From the IMG/VR virus record IMGVR_UViG_3300047678_000278, positions 1-50,145 of that record: 50,145 nt of DNA; one strand, 5' to 3'. This document shows positions 23,538 to 32,450 of the stretch, piece by piece (position 1 is the first letter of the stretch; each line of letters opens with the position of its first letter). The notes under the pieces were generated by a model. That model made no database searches and was not told the DNA's origin. It saw nothing but the letters and a program-made list of their open reading frames with translations. The position numbers and the translations under genes were made by a program. This DNA comes from a virus.

Positions 23538-23791
23538 TGCTCCAGCTCAAAGAGATATACTCGGCGTATCTTCCGGATGATAAGGCGAAGCTTCTCGCCG
23601 CTTTCCAGACTCTGGAAGTCACCGGGATGCTGGAGCGTATGCAGCGAGCTGCTGCGGAATCGTTAGTGAGTCAAGCGAGGGGGACCCCGCTCGATCAGTT
23701 GAGTAATTTGAGTCAAGCCGTGACCGGTCTCAATTCAATTGAGGCATTCACACGTGAAATCAGAGAAATCCTCACAGAGAGCGGAAGGTAG
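23537..23791 (+). CDS. Hypothetical protein (84 aa)
   Basis: Track ORF 23534..23791. The ATG at 23537 overlaps the upstream TGA as TGATG. Confidence 0.45.
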   Translation: MLQLKEIYSAYLPDDKAKLLAAFQTLEVTGMLERMQRAAAESLVSQARGTPLDQLSNLSQAVTGLNSIEAFTREIREILTESGR

Positions 23792-23798
23792 TAGAATC

Positions 23799-24596
23799 AT
23801 GGCAACGGGCGGAATGTTCAGCGGTATGTTTGGTGGAGGGCAGAGGCCAGCACCGGCTCAGCAACCGAATCAGCAGGAACAGAATCAGAACGGCAATGGC
23901 GGTGGCGGCGGCGGCGGCGGCGGGGCTGATGATTTCGTCGATCAGGACGATGATTCGCAATATGGCGCGCTCGCGGAGCTGTTCGCGGAAGACGAAAACG
24001 ACGACGACGATGGTGCGGGCGATGATCTGAATCCCGACGGCACCAAGAAGACCGCCGACCCCAACGCCGACACGCCGGAGAAGAAGCTGGCGGCCGAGAT
24101 TCAGAGCATGCTCAAGGGCTTCACGATCACTCCGGAAGATCTCGGTGAGGATTTCGACGTAAATGATCCGGCGAAGTTCGCGGCGGCAATGACTGCTGTG
24201 CAGCGCAAGACGGCTGTGGCGACGATGCAGATGGCATTCAAGCCCATGCAGCAGGCGTTGACGCAGATGTCGGCGGATATCCGGACTCAGATTCAGAGCT
24301 CTCTCCAGGAGTTCGGTCAGGGGAATAACGCAAGATCGACTCTTGCCGAGGTCGTTCCAGAAGTCAACGATCCGGAGCTCTCCGGACTCGTCAACTCGCT
24401 CTTCGTCCAGGCGCAGAAGAAGCACGGCAAGAACGCGAAAGCGGCGGCAGATGGAGTCCGGAAGGCGCTCGATGCCATGGGCGTCAAGTCGACGAAGGTG
24501 AAGAGGAATCAAACGGACCCTTCCGAGGGGGCTTCTAGGCGGGAGGGTCGCGACGCACTCGACCTGTACAGCCCCCTTCCGAATCGCCGCGCATAG
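23799..24596 (+). CDS. Putative scaffolding protein
   Basis: Track ORF trimmed to MATGGMFSGMFGG. Low-complexity Gln/Gly run (G11) and an acidic block DENDDDDGAGDD. It lies directly upstream of the capsid gene. Confidence 0.5.
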   Translation: MATGGMFSGMFGGGQRPAPAQQPNQQEQNQNGNGGGGGGGGGADDFVDQDDDSQYGALAELFAEDENDDDDGAGDDLNPDGTKKTADPNADTPEKKLAAEIQSMLKGFTITPEDLGEDFDVNDPAKFAAAMTAVQRKTAVATMQMAFKPMQQALTQMSADIRTQIQSSLQEFGQGNNARSTLAEVVPEVNDPELSGLVNSLFVQAQKKHGKNAKAAADGVRKALDAMGVKSTKVKRNQTDPSEGASRREGRDALDLYSPLPNRRA

Positions 24597-24703
24597 CATC
24601 ATTCCGCTTGAGTTTACCTGCCGGATGGGGTAGTCTACTCAGCATTCGGCAGGTAATTCTCCTAGCCGAGATTTCAAAACGGCACCGAACAGGAGATTCT
24701 CAG

Positions 24704-25906
24704 ATGGCTGTCCGTGGAATATTCGCCTCTCACTCGGGAATCGTCGGCGATCGCCAGACCGATCTCGCTGCCCGAGTCCTTCTCACCATGCCCGGCGGAA
24801 TGGCTCCGCTCTTGGCACTCTCGTCCGGAATGCAGTCGGCGCCGGCGCACGATACCGCGTTCAGCTGGATCGAGGATTCGTGGATTTCCGGCAACACCGC
24901 TTCGGCGGAGACAGTGAATGCGGCCGCGACGGACTTCGACGTTGTCGACGCGAACATCTGGACGCCGAATACGATCATCATGAACGAGGACTCCGGCGAA
25001 TACATGCTCATCACCGCGATCAGCGGCGTGAACGTGACCGTGATTCGCGGCATCGGCGGCACCACGGCGGCGGAAGTCACCAGCGGCGATACGCTTCAGT
25101 CGATCGGCACGGGATTCGCGGAAGGTTCCGGCAAACCCACTCCGGTGGCGCAGCGTGGCGAGACTCGCACGAACTACGTGCAGATCTTCAAGAATGGCTG
25201 GGCAATCACCGGGACGGCGACGGCGATCGACTTCACGACCGGCAGCCAGATGGCGATGAATCGCGAGCAGTGCCTCGCCTATCACGCTGAGGACATCGAG
25301 CGTGCGTTCCTCTGGGGCAAGAAGGATGTCCGAGTCATCGGCAACCAGCAGTTCCGGCTCTCAGACGGCATCCTGACCCAGATCGAACAGTTCGGCGGCC
25401 TCGTCGAATCGGCGGCATATCTCGGCCAGGCGGGTGAGATGTCGCTGTTCGGGATGCAGAACTTCATGCGGCGAATCTTCGACCGTCGTGTCAAGGGAAT
25501 GCCGAACGAGCGCATCGCGTTCTGCGGCTCGCTGTTCCTGGAGCGAATCCAGCAGATGGCGATGATGGACGCCACCTACAATATCGAGGCGAACGAATCC
25601 GAGTTCGGTATCCAGATCACGAAGCTAAAATTCTTCAACGGCCAGCTGAATCTCATCACCCATCCGATGATGGTCGAGAACGCGATCTGGAACCAGGAAC
25701 TCTATGTGCTGCACCCCGGCCTCATCAAGCGGCGCGTGTTGCGCGACTCCTGGTCGGAGGAGTTCTCTTCGAAAAAGCAGAACAACAACGGCACGGACTC
25801 GACCGAGGGCTACATCGCCATCGAGCAGGGCTTCGAGGTCAAGGGCGTCGAGACGATGGGCATTCTGCGGGATGTGACGACTCCGGTTCCGTCGATCCAG
25901 CCGTAA
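24704..25906 (+). CDS. Major capsid protein (HK97-fold type, by position and N-terminal pattern)
   Basis: Track ORF trimmed to MAVRGIFASHSG, which follows AGGAGA. It contains an F.WIED.W pattern. It has the highest GC I measured (about 62% on one line), follows the scaffold gene, and is followed by a strong hairpin. Confidence 0.65.
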   Translation: MAVRGIFASHSGIVGDRQTDLAARVLLTMPGGMAPLLALSSGMQSAPAHDTAFSWIEDSWISGNTASAETVNAAATDFDVVDANIWTPNTIIMNEDSGEYMLITAISGVNVTVIRGIGGTTAAEVTSGDTLQSIGTGFAEGSGKPTPVAQRGETRTNYVQIFKNGWAITGTATAIDFTTGSQMAMNREQCLAYHAEDIERAFLWGKKDVRVIGNQQFRLSDGILTQIEQFGGLVESAAYLGQAGEMSLFGMQNFMRRIFDRRVKGMPNERIAFCGSLFLERIQQMAMMDATYNIEANESEFGIQITKLKFFNGQLNLITHPMMVENAIWNQELYVLHPGLIKRRVLRDSWSEEFSSKKQNNNGTDSTEGYIAIEQGFEVKGVETMGILRDVTTPVPSIQP

Positions 25907-25959
25907 TTCGAATCAGCGCCGCTCACACTCCTCCAGCCGGCGGTGTTGATTCGATAGTC

Positions 25960-25994
25960 GGGGCCGGCAATTTCTGGGGGTTTGTGCCGGCCCC
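25960..25994 (+). terminator. Strong GC hairpin after the capsid gene (partial terminator or mRNA stabiliser)
   Basis: ggggccggca (25960-25969) pairs with tgccggcccc (25985-25994), with a 15-nt loop and no U-tract. Confidence 0.45.
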
Positions 25995-26036
25995 GATGCA
26001 AACATAGTCCCCACCAAATCTTCAGGAGAGTCGTCA

Positions 26037-26504
26037 ATGCCAACCTTCACATTCAAACATCGGAAGATCAAGAACTACCGCGTCGGCAAGTTCGAGTTCA
26101 AGAATCATCTACTCGTCGTCCGTTCGGAAGCGGAGAGGGTGGAGTTCATCGATATCGTTTCGAAGTTCTCGCGGCGAATCAGCCAGGACATCACCGAGCT
26201 GAACGAGGAGGCCATGCGTCGGCTGGAATCGGACCCGTTCACGCAGGCGAGGAAGCAGAGCCGCGTGGTTCTCGGCGCTCAGGGTTCGAGCACGATTCCT
26301 TCGTCGGCGAAGGGCACCGGCGTGATGCGGCCGGCGGCTCTGGATCAGAGTGGTCATGTCGATCCGTTCGATCTCAGCCATCCGACCGGCGGTGGGTTGG
26401 AGATTGATTCGCCGCAGGGCCTGGACAGCGCCGGGGAGAAGGACCCGCTCGCCGGATTCGACTTCCTCAACAAGCCGGTGTCGCCCGCGCAGCCCACGCA
26501 GTAA
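26037..26504 (+). CDS. Hypothetical virion-module protein (155 aa)
   Basis: Track ORF with AGGAGA SD. Confidence 0.5.
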   Translation: MPTFTFKHRKIKNYRVGKFEFKNHLLVVRSEAERVEFIDIVSKFSRRISQDITELNEEAMRRLESDPFTQARKQSRVVLGAQGSSTIPSSAKGTGVMRPAALDQSGHVDPFDLSHPTGGGLEIDSPQGLDSAGEKDPLAGFDFLNKPVSPAQPTQ

Positions 26505-26516
26505 GGTCGACTCATC

Positions 26517-27236
26517 ATGTCCACCTTCAGCCAACTCGTTGATGAACTCACCGTCGAGCATCTCCGTCCGGATTTGCGCGTGACGATTTCGAGTTACCTC
26601 AACGCGACGATTCGTGAAGTTCACATGCACGAGCAGACGCAAGTGCCGGTGTATTACGATTCGAATCGGCTGGAGGTGGAGGTGACGATTTCAGGGAGCC
26701 CGCCTGCTCTCTGGGAGATACCGAAGGTTACGCGATTCCAGGCAGTCGATGCGATTTATTATTCGGATTTCGGAGTGTATGCAGTCAAGCGTGCGCCCAC
26801 GAAAGTGTATGCTCCGCATCTGCAAGGATCGCCGTATTATTGGTACCGGAGTGGACAGACGATTGCGCTTGGTGGACTCAATGCCACCAACAAGGCAAAA
26901 ATATCGTGGTTTGAATACCCGAAGACTCTGTTGTATTACGCTGCCGCAGCCAGGCCGATGGTTTGGAATGTGGAAACAGAGTCTCCGAGTTTTCAAACGG
27001 TTGGAGCGGTGGATTATAATTCGACTCCTGAGTTGCAGGCGACCGCGCTGGAGTTGACGACGAATTGGCTGATTCAACGCTGGGCAGAAATGCTGAAGCA
27101 GGGAGTAAGGAACAAGGTATTCGCTCGTCTCGGCGAGATGGATAGGACTCGGACGAGTTATTCGATGTATGCCTCCCAGAGGGCTCAATGCATCAACTCC
27201 GAGTCTATGGAACTTAACACCGTCTATGGGGGGTGA
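26517..27236 (+). CDS. Hypothetical virion protein (239 aa; adaptor or tail-tube candidate by position only)
   Basis: Track ORF. No motif recognised. Confidence 0.5.
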   Translation: MSTFSQLVDELTVEHLRPDLRVTISSYLNATIREVHMHEQTQVPVYYDSNRLEVEVTISGSPPALWEIPKVTRFQAVDAIYYSDFGVYAVKRAPTKVYAPHLQGSPYYWYRSGQTIALGGLNATNKAKISWFEYPKTLLYYAAAARPMVWNVETESPSFQTVGAVDYNSTPELQATALELTTNWLIQRWAEMLKQGVRNKVFARLGEMDRTRTSYSMYASQRAQCINSESMELNTVYGG

Positions 27237-27240
27237 TGAC

Positions 27241-28077
27241 ATGCAAGTGAGTCTCTCGAAAGGACTGAAGCAGAATCTCCAGCGAATTTATTCCGCCCCA
27301 TTGTATGGGTATAAGGGAGTCATTGATGGCATATTCGGTGAAAAAACCGAAACGGCCGTCTACAATATCCTGCGCGAGTTCGACCAGTTGGAGCGGATTC
27401 GTGGCTGGCCGAACGACCGGAAAGCGATTGCGGCCGGGCAGATTTGGCTCGAAGCCTGTGGGCATCAACCGGGAACGATCGATGGCTATTGGGGCCACAA
27501 CTCCGAGAACGCTTTTCTTGAATGGGATCACAAGCAGCGGACCGGCCAGGTACTCATTCTGCCGAGCGATCCGATTCGTGCTCCGATCAAGAGCAAATTT
27601 CCGACACAGAGTGGATTCCGGGAGTTCTACGGAGCGCCTGGAGTCGGTGGGATTGCCGAGTCAAGGCTCGTTAGCATCGTGCCACCGTATCAGATGCGGA
27701 TCGATTGGAACCTGAATCAGAAGGTCAAAACGATCCGACTGCATGAGAAGTGCGCTCAGAGTGCAGAGGATGCGCTGAAGCATATCGGTCGGCATTATGG
27801 GGAGAAACGACTCAGCATCCTCGGTCTCGATCGGTTTGCTGGTTCGTATGTCCCGCGGTTGATGCGCGGTGGGACGAGCTGGTCGACTCATGCCTATGGA
27901 GCAGCAATCGACTTCTACGCGGCGCCGAATGGGCTGACGACTCGTTGCCCGAACGCACTCTTCTGCCGCGCGGATTACGATCAGTTCTTCGACATTTGGG
28001 AAGATCACGGCTGGACGAGTCTCGGGCGCGCCATTGGTCGCGACTGGATGCACGTCCAGGCCGGGAGTGTGAGTTAA
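27241..28077 (+). CDS. Peptidoglycan hydrolase: PG-binding repeat(s) plus an M15-type zinc peptidase domain
   Basis: Track ORF trimmed to MQVSLSKG. PG_binding-like YGYKGVIDGIFGEKTETAV and TIDGYWGHNSENAF are present. Peptidase M15 signatures are SWSTHAYGAAIDF and DWMHVQ. Confidence 0.8.
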   Translation: MQVSLSKGLKQNLQRIYSAPLYGYKGVIDGIFGEKTETAVYNILREFDQLERIRGWPNDRKAIAAGQIWLEACGHQPGTIDGYWGHNSENAFLEWDHKQRTGQVLILPSDPIRAPIKSKFPTQSGFREFYGAPGVGGIAESRLVSIVPPYQMRIDWNLNQKVKTIRLHEKCAQSAEDALKHIGRHYGEKRLSILGLDRFAGSYVPRLMRGGTSWSTHAYGAAIDFYAAPNGLTTRCPNALFCRADYDQFFDIWEDHGWTSLGRAIGRDWMHVQAGSVS

Positions 28078-28101
28078 ACTCAGAGAGAAAGGAATGGAAT
28101 G

Positions 28102-28275
28102 ATGGAGAAAGTGAGCAAGGCCATCGCCGCAGGAATCGGCGGTGGCACGGTGGGAACGATGGCGCTGCCATTCATGCCCGACGGGACTCCCTGGTATGGA
28201 TACGTGGCGGCATATGCCGTCGCGATTCTTGTTCCGGCGGTGATCACGTATCTCGCGCCGAAGAACGCGAACTGA
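28102..28275 (+). CDS. Small membrane protein (57 aa), holin candidate
   Basis: My translation: MEKVSKAIAAGIGGGTVGTMALPFMPDGTPWYGYVAAYAVAILVPAVITYLAPKNAN. AAAGGAA SD. It lies directly after the peptidase gene and is below the track cutoff. Confidence 0.5.
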   Translation: MEKVSKAIAAGIGGGTVGTMALPFMPDGTPWYGYVAAYAVAILVPAVITYLAPKNAN

Positions 28276-28326
28276 TTCATCCCTGTGAATGAAAATCCCC
28301 AACTCATTCAGTCGGGAGCGCATAAG

Positions 28327-28782
28327 ATGACAACGGCGCAGAAAATCGTGGATAGCAGTTTGTTGGCCGCTGCGGCTCGAATCTCCATGGCTCTCTTTCT
28401 GCCGACTGTTGGGTTGCTGGCGACTCTGACCAGCAACAACATCGCGCAGTTGGATAAGGCGCAGACCGCCGCACTCACTGCAACGACGAAGCAGTTTGAG
28501 TTGCAGAACAAAATTCTGGACGACAAGCTCACGCAAATCGTGCTGGGATTGCAGTCGGATCGGGCCGCAATCTCTTCCACTCAACGTCAGCTCGGGATTC
28601 TGGAGGTGCAGCAGCGGAACGACGCTGCACGATTTCAGTCCTTTGAGCAGTCGTTTCTCGGAAAGCACGATAAATTGCAAGACACGATCGTCGCCTTGTC
28701 GACTCAGCTTTCCGCACTAACCGCTTCATTGCAGTCGGTGGTGCAGGAACGGCGTGACTCCCACAAAGACGGAGCATTGTGA
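28327..28782 (+). CDS. Membrane-anchored coiled-coil protein (i-spanin-like)
   Basis: Track ORF 28285..28782. An internal ATG at 28327 follows GGGAGCG. Hydrophobic LLAAAARISMALFLPTVGLLATL is followed by a Gln/Leu-rich helical region. Confidence 0.4.
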   Translation: MTTAQKIVDSSLLAAAARISMALFLPTVGLLATLTSNNIAQLDKAQTAALTATTKQFELQNKILDDKLTQIVLGLQSDRAAISSTQRQLGILEVQQRNDAARFQSFEQSFLGKHDKLQDTIVALSTQLSALTASLQSVVQERRDSHKDGAL

Positions 28783-29732
28783 TGGCGAAGTCCAGCTACG
28801 CGAAGAACGCTCCGATCATCTATCGTACGTTGCTGAGTGAGGGATTCAGCGACATCGCGGCAAAGGGAGCGCTGGCTCGTATTCGGCAGGAGTCGGGATT
28901 CAACCCCAAAGCCATCAACAAGAATGACGCTGGGCCTGGGCTGCATTCGCAGGGGATTTTCCAATGGAACCGCGATCGGCTCGATAATCTGAAGCGATTC
29001 GGCGGCAAGAACTGGCAGGATGTGGAGACGCAGGCGCGATTCTTTGCTGCCGAAGCGAAGGGGAAGATCGGTGGTGAGGGTAAATACGGTTCGAAGCTCC
29101 TGGCCGCAAAGACTCCTGAGCAAGCGGCGGAGGCTGTGATCTCGATGGCGCGTCCTTCGGGATGGACGTCGAAGAATCCTCGCGGTGGGCACGGCTGGAA
29201 TAACACGGTAAACTGGGCGAGGAATATGAATGTGAAGGCGGCAGGGCCTTCGACTCTCTATGCCAGGAACGAAAAGGGGGCGCCGGCGGATGGTGGAGTG
29301 CTGGATAACGTAATGCTGGCACTCACGGCCGAGGCTGGGCAGAAGTATTCAGTGCCGCAGGGCACGGCTGCGGGGATCACATCAGATGGAAAACTTGCTG
29401 ATTCTGGTGGTGGTGCCCTCAGTGTTGTGGATTTCCTCACCATGCCGACCGGACCTGGAGTGAAGAAGGAATCAGGGGTCGACGGCAAGCCGGGACTGGA
29501 AGTGTCTGATGGAAAGATTGATCCGGCGGATCTGAATCTGCTCCCGCGTGATGGCGTGAAGACGGATGACGGCCCGAGCGATGCTATGGGGATGGCCGCG
29601 GGGTTGTTGAAGGGTGTGTCGACATTCCTCGACGCATTCAACAGCAAAGAAGCCACGTGGCTAAAGAGCCCCGGACAACGGCATGGGACTTCACCGAGCC
29701 ATGGACTCCTTTCGCCCCGCATGGTGGGTTGA
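28782..29732 (+). CDS. Phage tail lysozyme / lytic transglycosylase-like domain protein
   Basis: Track ORF. RIRQESGFNPKAINKNDAGPGLHSQGIFQWNRDRLDNLKRF...ETQARFFAAE matches the ESGFNP ... G(I/L)(F/A)QW ... R pattern of tail lysozyme domains. Confidence 0.7.
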   Translation: MAKSSYAKNAPIIYRTLLSEGFSDIAAKGALARIRQESGFNPKAINKNDAGPGLHSQGIFQWNRDRLDNLKRFGGKNWQDVETQARFFAAEAKGKIGGEGKYGSKLLAAKTPEQAAEAVISMARPSGWTSKNPRGGHGWNNTVNWARNMNVKAAGPSTLYARNEKGAPADGGVLDNVMLALTAEAGQKYSVPQGTAAGITSDGKLADSGGGALSVVDFLTMPTGPGVKKESGVDGKPGLEVSDGKIDPADLNLLPRDGVKTDDGPSDAMGMAAGLLKGVSTFLDAFNSKEATWLKSPGQRHGTSPSHGLLSPRMVG

Positions 29733-29738
29733 CGGTTA

Positions 29739-30299
29739 ATGGTTGCCCCTCCCGTTCCTCGCACGAACCAAGAGAATCGTTTCCTACGCATACCGTCGTA
29801 TGATTGGAATCGACTCATCAAGGACCTGCAGGACCTGAACGCGGAAGTTCAGGCTCTCGGGACTCGTGCGGATCAGGGCGGCGATAAAGGGGATCAGGGG
29901 CCGGCGGGGACTCCTGGGGCGCCAGGTGAGCCTGGATCGCCGGGTGCGGCTGGCGCGATTGGGGCGCCGGGATTGAGTGGATCGAACGGCCTCAGTGCGT
30001 ATGAGATCGCGGTTCTCTTTGGATTCACAGGCACGATTGAGGAATGGTTGGCGTTAACCGCACCATTCACGCTCTCGGAGGCAGTGAGTCTAAGGATAAT
30101 TGCTTCGAGTCCTACTGTTCAGGCTCTGCTGCGTGGGGATATTCCTGAATACTGGGATGGCGGTCATATCGATCGTGATTACGGGTTGCTCGGTGACTCG
30201 ATGGATCTTGATCTAACCGGTTCGTTTGAGATTACGCAGGATGGATTGCTGATCGTGACCGAGAACGGTAATAATTACATTGCGGTGGAAGGAATCTAA
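29739..30299 (+). CDS. Collagen-like repeat tail fibre protein
   Basis: Track ORF. G-X-Y run GDKGDQGPAGTPGAPGEPGSPGAAGAIGAPGLSGSNG is followed by SAYEIAVLFGFTGTIEEWL, a common phage fibre motif. Confidence 0.8.
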   Translation: MVAPPVPRTNQENRFLRIPSYDWNRLIKDLQDLNAEVQALGTRADQGGDKGDQGPAGTPGAPGEPGSPGAAGAIGAPGLSGSNGLSAYEIAVLFGFTGTIEEWLALTAPFTLSEAVSLRIIASSPTVQALLRGDIPEYWDGGHIDRDYGLLGDSMDLDLTGSFEITQDGLLIVTENGNNYIAVEGI

Positions 30300-30301
30300 C
30301 G

Positions 30302-31318
30302 ATGGCCAGAACACCGATCACGATTGCCCAGCTGATTGCGAATCGTCTCGCCACCGCACTGGCGGGCACGGAGGGGTGGCACGGACGGCAGGGTGCTGGC
30401 AGTGTTGGAATCACCGCCCAGCTGGTAAAGGATTTCACGCTCAGTGGGTTGGCTGGGACGAGTGTGGGGCATACGCCTGATGGGAATATTATTGCGACGA
30501 ATGTGAGCGCGGCTATCGCGGAGCTTGACTCGGAGAAAGTGGCAAAAGCCGGAGATACGATGACGGGGTCGTTGACTCTGTCTGGCTCTCCCGTCAACAC
30601 CGGGCACGCTACCACGAAAGGGTATGTGGATGCAGCTGACGACACGAAACTGATTCGAACCGGCGACACGGGGGTGGGTATTTATTCTTTCCTCGGCAGC
30701 GCACATACTCCGCAGACTCCAGCTTCCGGGACGACCTTTATTGTTTCGGACAGTGGTGGGGTGACTCGTGTCCTGTATGACAACTATAATACAGGCGCTG
30801 GCGGACCGACTGTCACATTCAGGAAAGCTCGCGGAACGGCTGCTGCTCCGAGCCGGCTTTCTGCCAGCGATCAAATCATGAATATCGGAGGATTCGGTTT
30901 TGGTACGACCGTTTACTCAATTAATTCGAGAGTCGGAATCACGGCTCGGGCGACAGAGCTTTGGACTGATACTGCACATGGGACGAGCATCAGCTTCAAC
31001 GTGACTCCGGCCACCACGGCAACGACTGTGACTGGGTTGCTGCTGACTTCTGCCGTGATGGATTTGGTGTCGACTGCCTCGTTCCAGATGGGTGGAGTCG
31101 ACGTCATCACCTCCGCTCGTAACCTCATTCATCGCTCATATACCGTGGGGACTCTCCCAACCGCTGGTATCGTTGGTCGCACGTGCTGGGCTTCGAATTG
31201 CAGGGCATTCAACGGCGCCGGAGTCCAGGAAGGCGCTGGTCTCGGAACCGGTTCTTTGGTGACGGATAACGGCGCCGCGTGGAAAATCGCTGGAACGAAT
31301 GTAACGGCTGTGGCATAG
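30302..31318 (+). CDS. Tail fibre protein
   Basis: Track ORF. KAGDTMTGSLTLSG and HATTKGYVD are typical fibre-shaft motifs. Confidence 0.7.
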   Translation: MARTPITIAQLIANRLATALAGTEGWHGRQGAGSVGITAQLVKDFTLSGLAGTSVGHTPDGNIIATNVSAAIAELDSEKVAKAGDTMTGSLTLSGSPVNTGHATTKGYVDAADDTKLIRTGDTGVGIYSFLGSAHTPQTPASGTTFIVSDSGGVTRVLYDNYNTGAGGPTVTFRKARGTAAAPSRLSASDQIMNIGGFGFGTTVYSINSRVGITARATELWTDTAHGTSISFNVTPATTATTVTGLLLTSAVMDLVSTASFQMGGVDVITSARNLIHRSYTVGTLPTAGIVGRTCWASNCRAFNGAGVQEGAGLGTGSLVTDNGAAWKIAGTNVTAVA

Positions 31319-31329
31319 GGATTCAAACA

Positions 31330-31692
31330 ATGGAATATTGGCTGGAAGAATTCACCTACCGCGGTCGTCCCCCGAGTGGGGAGGGCAGTGAGTCTCCCCC
31401 GGAATACCATGTCAGGATCGGATTTCAGCAGCCCGATCCCTTCAATCCTGATGGGTCGATGAAGCGGTCAATTTCGGATGCGCTGACTCCGGCGAGAGCG
31501 GAAGCTGCTGGTTGGCCGCTTTCGATGGTGGTGAAGGCGATCAATGCTGAGACTCTGAAAGCGCTCGATGCAGCGACTACCGAGGTTGCGGCTCTCCGGG
31601 AAGCTCTTGAGGAAAAGAGCAGTCAGGTCACCGACTTGACTGCAATGGTGCAGCAGATTCAGGAGTCGAGCAATGGCAATCCTAAGGCCTAG
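31330..31692 (+). CDS. Hypothetical protein (120 aa), C-terminal coiled coil
   Basis: Track ORF 31279..31692 trimmed to MEYWLEEF. Confidence 0.45.
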   Translation: MEYWLEEFTYRGRPPSGEGSESPPEYHVRIGFQQPDPFNPDGSMKRSISDALTPARAEAAGWPLSMVVKAINAETLKALDAATTEVAALREALEEKSSQVTDLTAMVQQIQESSNGNPKA

Positions 31693-32002
31693 CCGAGGAT
31701 CGACCAAAGATTCCCTGATCTACACAGGGCTCGACGGCGAGATCACGTATGATACGGACCTGAAGCGGTTGCGTATTCATGACGGAGTCACTCCCGGCGG
31801 CACGTTGATTGCCGCAGGTAATGATGTGGCTCCGAATGCGCTGGTTGGAATCGGAGTCAGGACAGTGCATGTTTTGACTCAAGATGAATACGACGCAATC
31901 GTCTACCCCGACAATCAGACTCTTTATATCATTGCACCTGCGAGGATCGTCATGCTCCCTATCGGGTATGCACTCGGTGCGCCGATCATGAACGCTTTGT
32001 AA
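31673..32002 (+). CDS. Small fibre-like protein with a G-E-x-x-Y-D-T-D ... H-D-G-V-T-P-G-G motif
   Basis: Track ORF with AGGAG SD. GEITYDTDLKRLRIHDGVTPGG resembles N-terminal motifs of phage fibre or tropism proteins. Confidence 0.5.
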   Translation: MAILRPSRGSTKDSLIYTGLDGEITYDTDLKRLRIHDGVTPGGTLIAAGNDVAPNALVGIGVRTVHVLTQDEYDAIVYPDNQTLYIIAPARIVMLPIGYALGAPIMNAL

Positions 32003-32018
32003 GGAACAGGAGACTCAG

Positions 32019-32444
32019 ATGGCAACCCCGACCTTCTTCCAGAATTTTGCGCTCGATCTGGCGCTGAAGCAACACAATCTCGACACCGACACACTCAAGA
32101 TCACACTGTGCTCGCACGCGAACATTCCGAACTATGCGGCTGATTCGAAGCTGGCTGATCTCACGCCGATTTCGATGACGAATCTGCCGGCGGTTACGCT
32201 GAATGTGCCGAGCGTGGCGCAGGTGGGGGGACTCCTCACGGTCATCATCGATGATTTCAATGTGCTGGCGAGTGGTGGTTCGGTTGGGCCGTTCAGGCAT
32301 GTCGTGATCTACAACGATACGTCGACGAACGATTCGCTGATCGTCGGCTACGATATCGGTGCGGAGATCACGCTGCTCGACACTCAGCAGATCACGCTCG
32401 ACTTCGATCCGGTCAATGGCGCGATCTTCCTCTCCCCGATCTGA
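32019..32444 (+). CDS. Hypothetical virion-module protein (141 aa)
   Basis: Track ORF with AGGAGA SD. Confidence 0.5.
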   Translation: MATPTFFQNFALDLALKQHNLDTDTLKITLCSHANIPNYAADSKLADLTPISMTNLPAVTLNVPSVAQVGGLLTVIIDDFNVLASGGSVGPFRHVVIYNDTSTNDSLIVGYDIGAEITLLDTQQITLDFDPVNGAIFLSPI

Positions 32445-32450
32445 TCTCCC

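Noticed and set aside
21231-28680. Long antisense ORFs inside the portal, scaffold, capsid and lysis genes (for example 21231..22328, 22386..23264, 23772..24602, 24674..25285, 27661..28680). Similar ones occur at 37009..37875 and 43935..44903.
   Set aside because: These are Arg/Ser/Pro-rich translations typical of the opposite strand of GC-rich genes. They lack SDs, and the sense-strand genes have recognisable motifs or operon context.
28496-28720. An embedded +1-frame ORF inside the i-spanin-like gene as an Rz1-type o-spanin.
   Set aside because: No signal peptide or lipobox precedes a Cys, and the composition is unlike known o-spanins.
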